DNA of 64,000 nucleotides, taken from contig NW_027117345.1 of NCBI RefSeq assembly GCF_038025025.1, forward strand, positions 1,550,001 to 1,614,000. The letters are read 5' to 3'. Under the pieces are notes generated by a model. That model saw only the letters and a list, made by a program, of their open reading frames with translations, was not told the DNA's origin and did no database searches. Every line of letters begins with the position of its first letter. Within the stretch, counting starts at the first letter, position 1. This DNA is from Phyllosticta citribraziliensis (lineage: Eukaryota). Below, piece after piece: positions 11,101-22,660 of the stretch. A program made the position numbers and the translations under genes.

Positions 11101-13583
11101 CGGTCCCCGGCGTTGCTGTATGTCGTTTCACCACCCTCGCCCGAGCCCATGCGTCTGCTGAAACGGAGGCGGCTGACTGATGTTTCTTTCAGAGTCCCGT
11201 CGATCTCTTCCTCGACCAGGGCCATGATCCACTCACTGGCCTGGCCCGAGACCTGGAAAATGTTGAGCAAACACTCGCTCAGGCGTTTGAGCTCGCCGGG
11301 AATCATTTGTGCAATTTGACCAGTCAGGCCGTTGGAGAAGCGATGCAGCAATTCTGACATGGGCTGGTAGTCTCGTGCCATGAGAATGACGCCCTCGTCC
11401 GACTTGACGCGCACCAGCAGCTCACCAACAGAGTTTCCGTACATGTTTAACATGGGCCACCACTTTTCCACCTCTTGTCCGGAGTCCATGTCATCAAGGT
11501 AAATGTCCACCTTGCCGCAGGTCTGGTCGAATGAAATGCTGGTGTAACCACCGGAACCATCTGGCACTGCGAACGCGTCCTTGGCTTGGACAGCGGGCTT
11601 TGCGCCCGCGTTGGGAGGTGTCGACGGTCTCTTCTTGAGTAGCAAGCTCGCGGTCGAGAGGACAGCCGGAAGATCCCCAAAGTCAAACTCTTCTCTCCAA
11701 AACGGATCAGTAGCGTCCTTGAGCATCGTTCTTGCGCGCGTTTCGCCGTCCAACAGAATCTCGACATAGTATCCTCGGTGGTGTTCTTTGCTGCCGGATG
11801 ACGGTCGTTGAGCATGCATAGCGCGGCCCTCATTGAGCTTCGGGGAAAGTGGTGGGGGTAATCTGGCCTCAATGATCTTGACGCTGAGAGATCTCTCCAT
11901 GCGGAACATGTCAAGAGAATTTTGCGCCAAGTCTCTCTTCGGTGAGTCGGTGGCAAGATCTTCTGGGAGGCTGATGGATGGTTGCTTTGGACCATACAGT
12001 TGGGGTATCGTAAAGGCGCGCAAAAGTACGATCCAGACCTCGTACTGGACGCGTGAGTCGAGAGAGAGGAAGATGGGGCGGAGAAGGGACAATGATGCCG
12101 AGCCGGCGGTGTATTGTGGATAGATTGCGATGCAAAAGTCCGTGTCAAGGACTGAAGGGTCGAGGCGTTGCACGGCGCATCGTGAGAGCTGCGACAGCTG
12201 CACAACCGAGACAAGGGTGACATCCGTGTCAGAATACAGCTTCAGCTCTCCATTTTCTCGGAGAGTGCAAGATACTCGCCGCCATCTGCGCGCTCCGAAG
12301 CTCTGCAAGCGAGTAACGGGCGCGGGCCTCGCGGGGACAGTTGCTTGTACGGGCTGTTGAGGCACCGGTTTTGGACTTCCCGCGTTCGCGTACGAGACGT
12401 TGGTGTCCCAGTAGATCATTTTTCCAACCTTAATTATCGGCGCCTCTTTCAACAAAGAAATTTCGGAGTGCCTCCTATTGTCGGATCCGGATCGGCTCGA
12501 TGAAGAGGAGAGGGCCTGTTGCGGCTTTGCCATTTTGTTTTGTATTCCCTTTGGGCGGATTGGTTGCCAGCAGAGCAGCGCGGCGAACCAAGAGTCGTAT
12601 TCTTCCTGCGTCGGAGGTCGGAGGTGTACCTCCATATTGGAATTGTGTAGTGTGACATCGACGTAGGCGGTGTAGGATTCGGCATCGTAGGCGGTCTTTA
12701 CCCGACAACCCCGCAAGTCTGGTATTAATGTTCTGTGGTACGAGTGGTCATTCTTTGGTTCATAAACCAGACTTCCCGTCTCCTCGTTGATGTAGCAGTA
12801 TGAGAGTGCCCACGGGCTCGCCTCGCCCCGCCTGAAAGCCAACATGCCCTTCATGCGCCCACATGTTGAGCGCATCAACTTCAGAATCTTTTTGGCATCG
12901 GAGGCTGGCACTGGGGAAACCCATGAGTCTGGTTGGGCTGGGGAGTGGTGTGGGACGGGAGACTGCGCTCGCGGAGGGGCTTTGGTCAGGCGCGCCCTGG
13001 AGCCAGCCGAGTTTGTTCGGGACGACGTCGTAACGGAGGGAGGAGATATCGAAGGGTGGCCGATGGAGTGAACAGTGTCTTCGAGGCCGGGAAAGGAGCT
13101 GGAGCCCGTGCCCGTCGAGTGGACGGAGCCGATGCGATGGCGGCTTTTGGCGAAGAGCGAGGCGGGCGATCTATCTCGCGACGGCCGCTCCTCGAGAGTG
13201 CGAGTCCTCGGGCGGTTAGGAGTTTCCCGTGAAGTCCTCATGGCGTACTCGCCATCGTTGGATGCGGTTCTTGTCACGATGCCGCGGCGCTTCGAGGGGT
13301 CTTGGTGGTTGGAGAGGGTCTTTGGGGAGGTTCCAGGCGAAGGATTGGAACCGTCGAAGGCGGTGGCGTTGGAATCGGTGGTCGCGTGCAACGGACGGCG
13401 CAGATGCGAGGGGTCGGGATTTGAGTCTGGAGTGACGGGGCGGATTGTGGAGGCACAGAGACGAGCGACGGTGGAGGTTGTGGTTGTCGTGGGCTGCGAA
13501 GGGTCATCCTGGTCGTAAGGCGGGAGGTGGTCTGGGACGGAGTTGGACGACCTGTTGCGCCGCGAGGGCCGGGCAGCGTCCAT
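8183..13583 (-). CDS. Ras GTPase-activating protein with PH-like and C2 domains (Bud2/Cla2-type) and a long disordered C-terminus; intron 10591-10645
   Basis: RasGAP motifs LFRGNTLLTK, VSGFLFLRFFCPAVLNPKLFGL and RTLTLVAKSLQGLAN. C2-like DPFWREEFDF. ORFs 10299-13583 and 8183-10621 are joined by a 55-nt GT-AG intron. Confidence 0.92.
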
Positions 13584-14097
13584 GATGCGGCACTAGCTGG
13601 TCGTCGACGGCCGTATATTATCCGACCAAGGGTGCGCGCGCGATGAGGGGCGAGAGAAGAGTTCCCTGAATGCGAGCGTCTCTGCGTCTCAGCACCACGG
13701 CCAGCGAGCTAGCTGCACGGCGCGTGTAACCAGCGGTTGTGAAGGCGTGACGAAGATGGAGTGTCGGCTGCAGTGCGAAGGCCAAGCGAGAGGAACAGCG
13801 ATGAAAGAAGGACAATGCTGGTCAGGTCCGGATTGAGCGGCGAGCAGCACCGGCATTGGATGCTGCAGCGCGCTGTATGAGACGGCCGGCTGGCTGGATG
13901 TTCAGTTGCGACTGGGTCAGGGAGACATTCGGGACGACAGCTGCGGTGCGGTGGGCGGGCGGTTGGCGGGGTGCGGCGGTGCGTGTGCCTTGGCCTAGGA
14001 GGGAAGTTCGGGCGAGAATGGCAGACGACGGCAGCGGGCGAAGGACGCCTAGCTGGCGTTTGGAGAGGGCACAAAGGGAGGACGACAAGGAGATGGA

Positions 14098-14127
14098 CGT
14101 CGTGGTCGTGGTCGTGGTCGTGGTCGT
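14098..14127. repeat. (GTCGTG)n hexanucleotide microsatellite
   Basis: cgtcgtggtcgtggtcgtggtcgtggtcgtc read directly. Confidence 0.85.
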
Positions 14128-14295
14128 CGGCCCTGGATCGGCTTGCTGGAGTGGAGCAGGGGGCAGCGCAGCAAGACGACCGGAGAGAGGGAGCAAAGCT
14201 AACCACTGCACCCAAGCGTGCGGTGAGCGCGCATCGACGTCTGCGTCTGGTCTGGGAGACGAGAGCGCCGAGTCCTCGAATCCAAGACACTGGAT

Positions 14296-14325
14296 CCTTT
14301 GGTCCTTTGGTCCTTTGGTCCTTTG
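14296..14325. repeat. 8-bp tandem repeat (CCTTTGGT) x3-4
   Basis: cctttggtcctttggtcctttggtcctttg read directly. Confidence 0.85.
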
Positions 14326-16863
14326 ACGCTCTGCTCTTGTTGATGTATGGTAACTACTAGATACTGGACACGCGCTGACGTGCCGCTGCAGCATGCACAC
14401 ACACATTCAATCAATCCATGACATTCCCGCGCGCGCGCCCGCGTCTTGGGGTCCGGCCTTTGCAGTACACAGTACGTACATGTAGGTACTGCACCTCTAT
14501 CGCAGTGGACAAAGCGACAGCTCCTTGTCCGTTGCACAAAGCTGAGACTCGCCACGAGCTATCAGCTTGTTCTTTCTGCCGCTGCTGCCGCGACTCTCTG
14601 GCCAGCCAAGATGCAGCGGGATGGCCCAGTGCCAGTGCCAGCCCGGCCGTCAGGTACCTACCGTACCGCAGCTACCTTACCCGTCCCTTGTGTGCCTGAA
14701 TCCAGACGGGACGCCACGACAGCCGCCCTTCTTGTCCACCACGACCTGTCCTGACATTATTCCCTCGCACGCATTCCCCGTCCCATCCATGTCCATCGTC
14801 CAAGCAACCGCTCCGCGCCACATGTATCCTCTTTACCCCCTTCAAACCTCCCCCTTCCCATCTTGGCCCCCACGCCCAAACACTGTCCCGGACCTCTCCA
14901 CCAGCACACAGACGCCGTGGATCCGCTGCTTTGTACCGTGCCCGCCGTACCGCCGAGCTGTCGTCGGCCAGACGGTCGGCGGCGGGCGAGCGGGCTGGCG
15001 CGCGGTCCCGCGTGCTGCTCGTCCTCGCCCTCGTCCTCCACTTCTCCTTGCCCTTTGCTGAAAGACATGTTCAGTGCCTCTTCCCCTCTCCCTGCAACGT
15101 GGCTTTCTGGTTGAGACCAAACGGACAACAAACAACAACAAGACCACAATCAGTCAGGCTATAATGGCTCCTTGGTCATGTCTCAAAGACTGAATTTTCC
15201 CTGGCGTCTCGCTCGTTCCCTGTGTACATCTCGACTAGTGCTTGTCTACCTTGTAATCTACCCTGCTCCCGTCCACGCACTCTCGGCACACTCGCAATCC
15301 CGCTCCGTCCGTCTCCCATTATTCCGTTCTCCTCCCGTCCCACCCCCCGGGCGTGCCGCTGCAGGTGCGGCTTGGCAGAGCCTGGCGCCCACGCGGACGA
15401 CGGGTTGGGCTGAGAGAAGGCTGAAGGCTGAAAGGCTGAGCGGGAGATATCGCGTTTGCTTGAGACGCGGTACCGCTGCGGGCAAAGAAAGCAAACGAAC
15501 CGAAAAAGGAAAAAAAAAGAAAAAAAGAAAGGGAAAAAAGAAAAAAACAAGATCCAGCCGCGGCGGAACTGACGCCAAGCACGCAGGTACAGAACCGTAC
15601 AGACAGCCACGTACGATCAGTAGCCTGACGTATCGTATGTATGTGCGCAGCCAGCCAGGGTATAAAAAAAAAAGTGGCCATGAGGCGCAGTTCTAGCTGA
15701 CGGCAGTCCCCGGGCTACGTCAAAGTAGGCCCATCCCATCTTGCGGCTGGCTTTTGTTTCTATTTCCTCGCGCGTGCCTGACAAGCCTGACAACGAATAC
15801 ATGTTGTGGATGGAGCATGCTTGGATATGGTTGACGGACAGCGAAACCGCCGCCTTGACCCCCCCGACCTGGTTGTCCCCTGAGTGCTAGCTGAGCGCGT
15901 GTTGTGCTGCTGAACCAAACAGGGGGCTGGTCGACCTACCTTGTCTGGGTACTCGGCTTGCCAAATACCCGCGGCCAACCAAGGCGTTGTTTAGTAACAT
16001 CGTGCGCGTGCGCGTGGGGTACTATACGATAGGGTAAGGCTTCTGGAGCGTTCGTTCTTCTGCGCATCTGACCGTCGAGATTTGCAATGCGTGGAGACAG
16101 TGGTCCCCTGGTTTGGAAAGGGGTCATTGGAAGGGTGGCAAAGGCAGAGTCGAGCAGGGCCGTGGCAGGACATGCCAAACGCAGTCTAGGTCATTGGTGT
16201 CAAAAGGGCAAGTCCTGTCGGCTACGATGCTACCACATTGCGGCCTAACAAGGTCCGAATATGGATGCCGGTTCAGCCATCTGCATCCTGACGCAGTGCC
16301 ATGCATGCAGCAGACTGCAGCACATGCACGAGCATTTGCCCCTGAAGACTAGAAACGAACTGTGAGATGGAAGACAATGCCGAATAAAGGCGCGCGAAAA
16401 GAAGTCCTGTGCCATTACGGTCCTAGTAACTGTGCTGCCTTGTACGAAAATGGGAAAAATACTGCTACTTCTGGTTGTGCCATGTGCCCCGTCACCTGTC
16501 CCCCGGCGTCCGCCGAGGCGAGGTGGCGAGGTAGCTGCTGGCGCCTTGCGTAGACATCGTCCAGTCCTGCTACCACCAGTGTGCGCGTCTCAGCGACCTT
16601 ACAGCGCTGGCACTGTGGATGTCTAGAACAAGGGTATATTCAGCGCTGCGCCGGATCTAGGGAGATGTCAAGTCAATCATCGCTGCGGATGACTTTAGCA
16701 AGTAGCCATTCCTCTTGGATCCCACTGCACCGCCAGAGAGAACCAGGACACGGCTGTACTCTCCACGACCTCTCTTTGAACCTGCTATGAAAGTCGAAAC
16801 AATTGGGAGAAAGGTGAGAATCAGACTGATAAAGAAACGCCGTAGACCAAGAAAGGGGAAGAG

Positions 16864-16883
16864 AAAAAAAAAAAAAAAAAAAA
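16864..16883. repeat. poly(A) tract of about 20 nt
   Basis: Homopolymer run visible in the sequence. Confidence 0.9.
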
Positions 16884-17413
16884 CCACCAGAGAGAAGCGA
16901 ATCAACCAACCATCCAAACGTAAGTTCCATTACCGCACGGGGGAATCTGCCTGGTCGTGAACCACGCCGACGTGCGCCTGAAACGAACCATTGCTCAAGA
17001 ATTGAAACAAGAACCCGGGCAACGTGATATTGAGAAAGGGAACCAAAAGTGAAGAAAGACAAAGAAAATCAACGGCAGAGCCAGGCGTCAAAGTCCGCCA
17101 AAGAAGAAGTATTCCACGTGGTCGTCTCTCAGTTGACCCATCCGGCAGGCGAACCTCAACCAGTGTCAACATTGGGACGTGAAAGAGACCCGACATGAGT
17201 CTCGCAGCGTTCATTGCTCCAGCACCACAATTCTGCTCGCCAGCAGATCAGCGACCCTTCTCCTCACACGGCGGCTCCCCGGCTGACTACCTTCAACCAA
17301 CATCTCGTCTGCGTTCGGCCAGTACACGTGACCATCGTCAACAATACCCGGTTTACGTCGCTCAATCCGCGCCTTGGTGCACGGCAGTAGCTGCGACACG
17401 TAGTGTGATCGTC

Positions 17414-18619
17414 TCACTGGAATGGCGGTCGGTCAGCGCCGTCCGCCTCGGCGCTCACAGCGCTCATCGGCTGGCTCTGGGTCCTAGCCCCGCTCAGATC
17501 CCCGCTGCCTGTCTTTCTAAGGGCCTGGCGCATCGTTTCAACCATGATTTCGCTGCCGCTCAATGGAGGGCTATAAGCACCCTGGGACAAGGTCGGACTA
17601 GCTGGAGCACCAGGCACGCGCGCAGCCATTGCTACATCCATGCCTTTCATACTTGGTGCGCCGCTAGTTGGCGGACTGGTCCCGACTCCGCGTGAGGAAG
17701 CAGGACTGCGCACGGGTGACCGAGTGGGCGACGGCGAGCGGTTTGCCGTGGTTGACAGCGACATGTGGTGAATGGAATCACGGCTGGTTTCCGCGTGTTC
17801 GGCTTGGACCACGTCGGCAAAAGAAATAAAGCTTAGGCGGCGCACGTCGTCTTTGTCGAAGGAGCCGTAGTTGGATGCGGCTTCTTGGCCGTCGTCGGTT
17901 TCGGACTTGGAGGCTACTTCGTCAATGGTTGGCGAGGACACGGCCTCGACAGATGCCGAACTGTTGCCAATGTTGGAAGCGGCTGGCTGGTGGGCGGCAT
18001 GCATGACAATTTCGACTTCGTCGGGCGTCAGGTGGTCGTCGGTTATGGCCTGTGCAGATGCTTCGAGCACAGGCGGGATATGGTCCTCGGTTTGAATATG
18101 AGCAGGAATTGCTGGCGACAGCTCTCCCGGGTGACCTTCCTGGACGTTGCGCTCAAAGATCTGAGACGAAGCAGGCGAATGGAGACGGGGCGAAGAGGAA
18201 CGCAGTCCCCTGCTTGGCGAGGCGGCGGACGAAGCGTAGACGCGAGGGCTGCTTTGCGGAGTGCTAACCAAGGCTGGTCTTGAATCGACAGTAGGAGCGC
18301 TTATCGGCGAGATGGGCCGAATGCTCGTGACTGGGGGAAGCATGGGCGCTGTGGATGGTACGATGGTGGTGTTGGCAGCAGGACCCCGCGACTCGGCCGC
18401 GAGGTTATCTGGTGCAGTAGACTTGTCTTTGTCCTTGTCGCCATCCTTCTTGCGTCCGAGTCCGAAGAAGCGTCGCTTGCCACCTGACTTTGGTGTCGAA
18501 GCGGTCTCGTCGCTTGTGCTGTCTTCGGTGGCGCGGCGGTCAGCCAGCAGCGGAACGGAGGAATTGCGTGGGCTTGGAACGGCCGGCATGACTTTGGGAG
18601 GCTCTTGCAGTGCGCTCAT
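17414..18619 (-). CDS. Ser/Pro-rich hypothetical protein, probably conserved in fungi
   Basis: 401-aa single ORF. Ordered-looking islands (SQIFERNVQE, IPAHIQTEDHIPPVLEASAQAITD, RRLSFISFADVVQAE, VETMRQALRKT) lie in low-complexity sequence. Confidence 0.8.
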   Translation of the reverse strand: MSALQEPPKVMPAVPSPRNSSVPLLADRRATEDSTSDETASTPKSGGKRRFFGLGRKKDGDKDKDKSTAPDNLAAESRGPAANTTIVPSTAPMLPPVTSIRPISPISAPTVDSRPALVSTPQSSPRVYASSAASPSRGLRSSSPRLHSPASSQIFERNVQEGHPGELSPAIPAHIQTEDHIPPVLEASAQAITDDHLTPDEVEIVMHAAHQPAASNIGNSSASVEAVSSPTIDEVASKSETDDGQEAASNYGSFDKDDVRRLSFISFADVVQAEHAETSRDSIHHMSLSTTANRSPSPTRSPVRSPASSRGVGTSPPTSGAPSMKGMDVAMAARVPGAPASPTLSQGAYSPPLSGSEIMVETMRQALRKTGSGDLSGARTQSQPMSAVSAEADGADRPPFQ

Positions 18620-20603
18620 TGCGACGGGCGTGGATGGAGGCGGGCGGGGACAGCGTGGAGGAGCTATTTAGGGACGACTGAGCAAGGAGGACGAGGCCCA
18701 GAGCGGAGGTTGGATGGGCGCAGGTTTCGCGGCGAACGGTGGTTTTGGTTTGTCGAGCAGAGTGTTTCAGAGCAGAGGGAGAGAGAACAGCAGTAGTCGC
18801 GAGCTAGGGCGGGATCATGGCAGAGGCCGATGGAACGAGGTGGTCGGCGATGGGATGGGTCGGACGGTGGTGGAAGTGGAGTGGAGTGGATGGTCTGCAG
18901 ATGGGGCGGAGAGGAGATGGTGTTCGGCAAGCTTCCGCTGGGTGGAGGGACTTTGAACAGAAGCGTCATGTGCAGGCCCTCGTGATGGTGACGAGGCGGG
19001 CCTTTCTCCAGGGTCCCGTCTTGGATCCCCACTCCAAAACTCAGTCTTCAGCCCAACACAACCTCAGGTCGCCTCTGCTTTGCTTTGGGCCTGACGGCGA
19101 CACGACAAGCCACCGCCGCCTCTCTCTCAACACAATCCGTCCACCACCAGCTGACGAATGCTTCTGCCCGTCGTTTCGGACCCTCTGCATGTCAGCAACC
19201 TCTCCACCGCAGTGCCTTGGGCCTCGTCCTCCGCCGTCGACCTCACGCTTGGACCGCCATTTCCAGCCTCCCCCGGGCCTGTCCACTCCGGGGTAAATGT
19301 CCTCGTCAATCCCACAAGCTTCCGTGATGAAGCCGCCAGCTTGGCTTGTCCTGGCCATCCCAATCTGCGACCTTGGATGTGCCTTGTCCAAGCACCAACC
19401 TCCCGCTGCTGAAAGGGTCCACACAGCCACACGACCAACACCGCCCGCCTTTCGACTTCTTCTGCGGCTTTGCGAGCGCTTCTCGTCACTCCAAGCTGCC
19501 GTGGGCAAGCTCATCACGACTTGCGCAATCGCCCCAGCTTCAAACGCAAAAATCTCAGCTTCCTGGCTTGGCTCGCCCCTGGCCATTTCCTGTTGTCCAA
19601 AGCTTAGAATTTAGCTGATAGGATGCCGTCATATCACTTTTACATAATCTAACCCATGCACGTCGCAGCTGGGATTAGGCCCCGACCTCGAGGTTTCAGT
19701 CGCCCCATAGGGCAGCCGTCCCTTTGCTTCAGTCCCTCACTACCTATCGACCTCGCCCTGCGACAATGTTCCTTCATTTCGCTTGCCGCACTACACCAAC
19801 TCGGGCCATTCATCCGCACCGTTCAATTTATCATGATGTGGGTTTGCCCATAGCATTGACATTTGGCCTTGTGCCGGCGCTTTCAACATCACAAATATGT
19901 TTTCCACAAACAAGGAGCAGCCGTTGCGGCGCCAGCAATTGAACAGCTTGGCTTTGCATACATTGCATATGACGTCGAAGCTTTTCTCCGGTTCCTGATC
20001 GCTGGGATCCTAGCCAAATTTCGATTGGATGTGCATGGCCTTTGCATTGAACCCGATGTAAATCTCGCCGTTGAGCATGCCGCGCGCATGTTCCGAACTC
20101 GTTGTGTCACTGACGTACGTGTCTCGACATCAATGGTTCCGAAGAGCACAGGCATCTGCAGTGCTTCTCAGCTTGGGTTTCTTCAAGTGTGATTGACCCA
20201 TTTGCTGACCAAGACTTGGAAGACATCGCGTCTCCATCGTTCATCACTGGTCTGTCCATAAACTTAGATCACCTGTTGAGCTGGCCAAGGACCTTCGGCC
20301 GATTGCCGAGACGCGCTGCCGGCGGCCGGACGCTACCGAGCACGAGCAGCCGATGTGTTTCTTCCTTGAGACAGATCGGAAGCCATCCAGCTGGAAATGG
20401 GCTTATAGTTTTCAAGTCCATTCCGGATCGGCTGGACTCGGAAACCGGTGCGTTTTGTACAGGAATGTTCGGCTCATCGCATCCATTTTTTCACCTAATA
20501 ACAGGCAGGGTATTTGAAAGAGATACTCCTGACTATGCTGCAGATTAGACTATAGGTTTGGCATGTACAAGTGGATTAAACAACAGGCTTTCGTCATCTT
20601 CGT

Positions 20604-22660
20604 CTAAGAGGCCATTCGGTAGTTCCCGGATTTGTATGGATCCCCCTCAGGCTCGATTGGATCTCCTTGCGGCGTAACGACCACTTGGCCATCTGGCTGA
20701 TCGTCTTCGGCATCAAAGAAGTGGACGATGGCCGGTGGATGCCCTTTGGTACCATACACCGGGCCGCCGAACTGGAGGTAGCCTTCGACCAACGGAAGTG
20801 GGTACTTGAGCAGGTCGGTGGAGTCGCCGTATACCAACACTTGTTGCATGCCTGTGCTTGGTTAGAGGATTTCAATTCGCAGGTGCGATTGATGACCAGG
20901 ACGCGGTAGGTTTGAAGACTTACCCATCAACATGTGTTGCAGGATGTGGCAATGCATCATGAACACTCCGGCTTGCGTAACCCGATGTCGCCAACCCATC
21001 CAGGAGTGCTTGACCCCGGTCTTTTCCTTGGACGAGTATCGATAGAGCATGCTCGAGTCTCGAACCACAGGCGTGTGTCCGGCTGCGGCCAGTTTCAGCT
21101 CATTTTCCGTCCGGTTGTATTCGCCCTTTCCACTGCCGATGTAGAAGCAGTGCTTGCCGTGGATGTGAATCGGATGGACGTCTGCCCCCCCTTGCGTGGA
21201 TCCAGTGTTTTCGAAGATGAACTCGATCACCTCTCCAATCTTGAAAGGCCAGGCTTTGGCGTTGGGGTCCACGCCACCGTTGGCAATTGCAACATCGTAG
21301 TTTGGCAAGAATTCGCTTCCATTTAGATAAAGAGCCACCAGGTAGGGGATGCGGACTGATTCTTCGACCCAGGGGACACCGTTTTGCAGCCACGTCACAT
21401 GCTCGTCTTTGGTTTTAAAGTCCGTCGTCAGTTGAAAGATGTTGACATAAACAGTCCGGGTCACCTCCTCCGCGGTCGGAAAGTCTGGTTCCGGAGTCAA
21501 ATTTTGCAGGTCGTAATCAAGCCAGCCCTGGACTGTCGGAGGAAGGTGGATGGGAGGGGTCGGGGGAGGTTCCAAGTTGTCGATGTGCTTCGTGGCGTTG
21601 AAATCACAGCTGGTGCCATAATCAAGTATGGCATAGGAGGTGAACGAGGTCGGACGATCGCGAGTCTCGGCTTGCATGTAAAACTGCGTTCGGTCCAAGG
21701 CTCTGATCTGGTCGCAAGAAAGTCCCTTCACGAGCGTGGAGTAACGCTGGCCGGATGCGATTTGAATGAAGGGAACTTCAATGGCTTTCAGCCAGTCGCC
21801 ATCTGCCTCGATCAAGGTAAGGTTGTGCTCTTCGATTCCAACGGAAGCAAAAGAGAGCGCGGTCGCGCCAATCCATCTAAAACGGTACGTCTTTCCTGCT
21901 TCCATGTCGAAAACTGGAACCGAGCAAGATTCATCCTTATTCGTATGCGTGTAGTTGGCAAACCCGTGACCGTTTATCAGAAGTGCGCCAGTCTCTCCAG
22001 TCCACTTGAAAGGCTTTTGGGTCAACTGTTTCTTAATGTCCTCGTCGATCTTCTCGTAAAGATCGCTGAACATGACAATCTTCTCATCGTCATAGTCGTA
22101 CGGAGGTGGGATGCCAGGTTTTTGTTCAATGATGAGCGGCCCAAAAACCGTCAATGCTTGGAAGTCGACGTGCGAATGGTAAAAGTAAGTCCCAGGTCCG
22201 ATATCAATCAAGTTGATCTCATAGTCGAAATAGAACAAGGCCCCAATCTCGAACTGACTAGCTCTTGGCGAACCGTCAGCCCACGGGGCAACAGCCATGG
22301 TCAAGCCGTGCCAATGCTGCACCCCAATGTCAATCTTCAGGTACAGCCGCAAATGGACCGCGCAAGAGCACGTGTGTTTAGAGCAATACTAACCATGGTC
22401 AAATTATGGTCGGGCATGTCATTGTAGACCCTGACCCACACGACACTCCCGGATTTGAAGCGAAGGGCTGGGCCAGGAACCGTGCCATTGGCAACTGCCG
22501 ATTTTCGTTTGGTGCAGCCGATGGAGATCTCTTGTTCGGTAACCCGCAGGACGGCATCGGGAACAAAGCTGTCGTCGTGGACAACAATGTGTGGATCTTG
22601 AAATGCCCAGGCACCCCAGGCCCCAAGCCAGGACAGGAAGAAAAGAGACAACCAATCCAT
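20604..22660 (-). CDS. Secreted multicopper oxidase (AA1; fungal ascorbate-oxidase/laccase-like), 3 exons
   Basis: Signal peptide MDWLSLFFLSWLGAWGAWA. All four Cu motifs are present: HWHG, YHSH, HPIHIHG and HCHILQHMLMGM (Met axial ligand). Introns ~22319-22393 and ~20852-20923. Confidence 0.93.

Noticed and set aside
21384..22427. 347-aa plus-strand ORF
   Set aside because: Antisense shadow of the multicopper oxidase coding exon; no motifs of its own.
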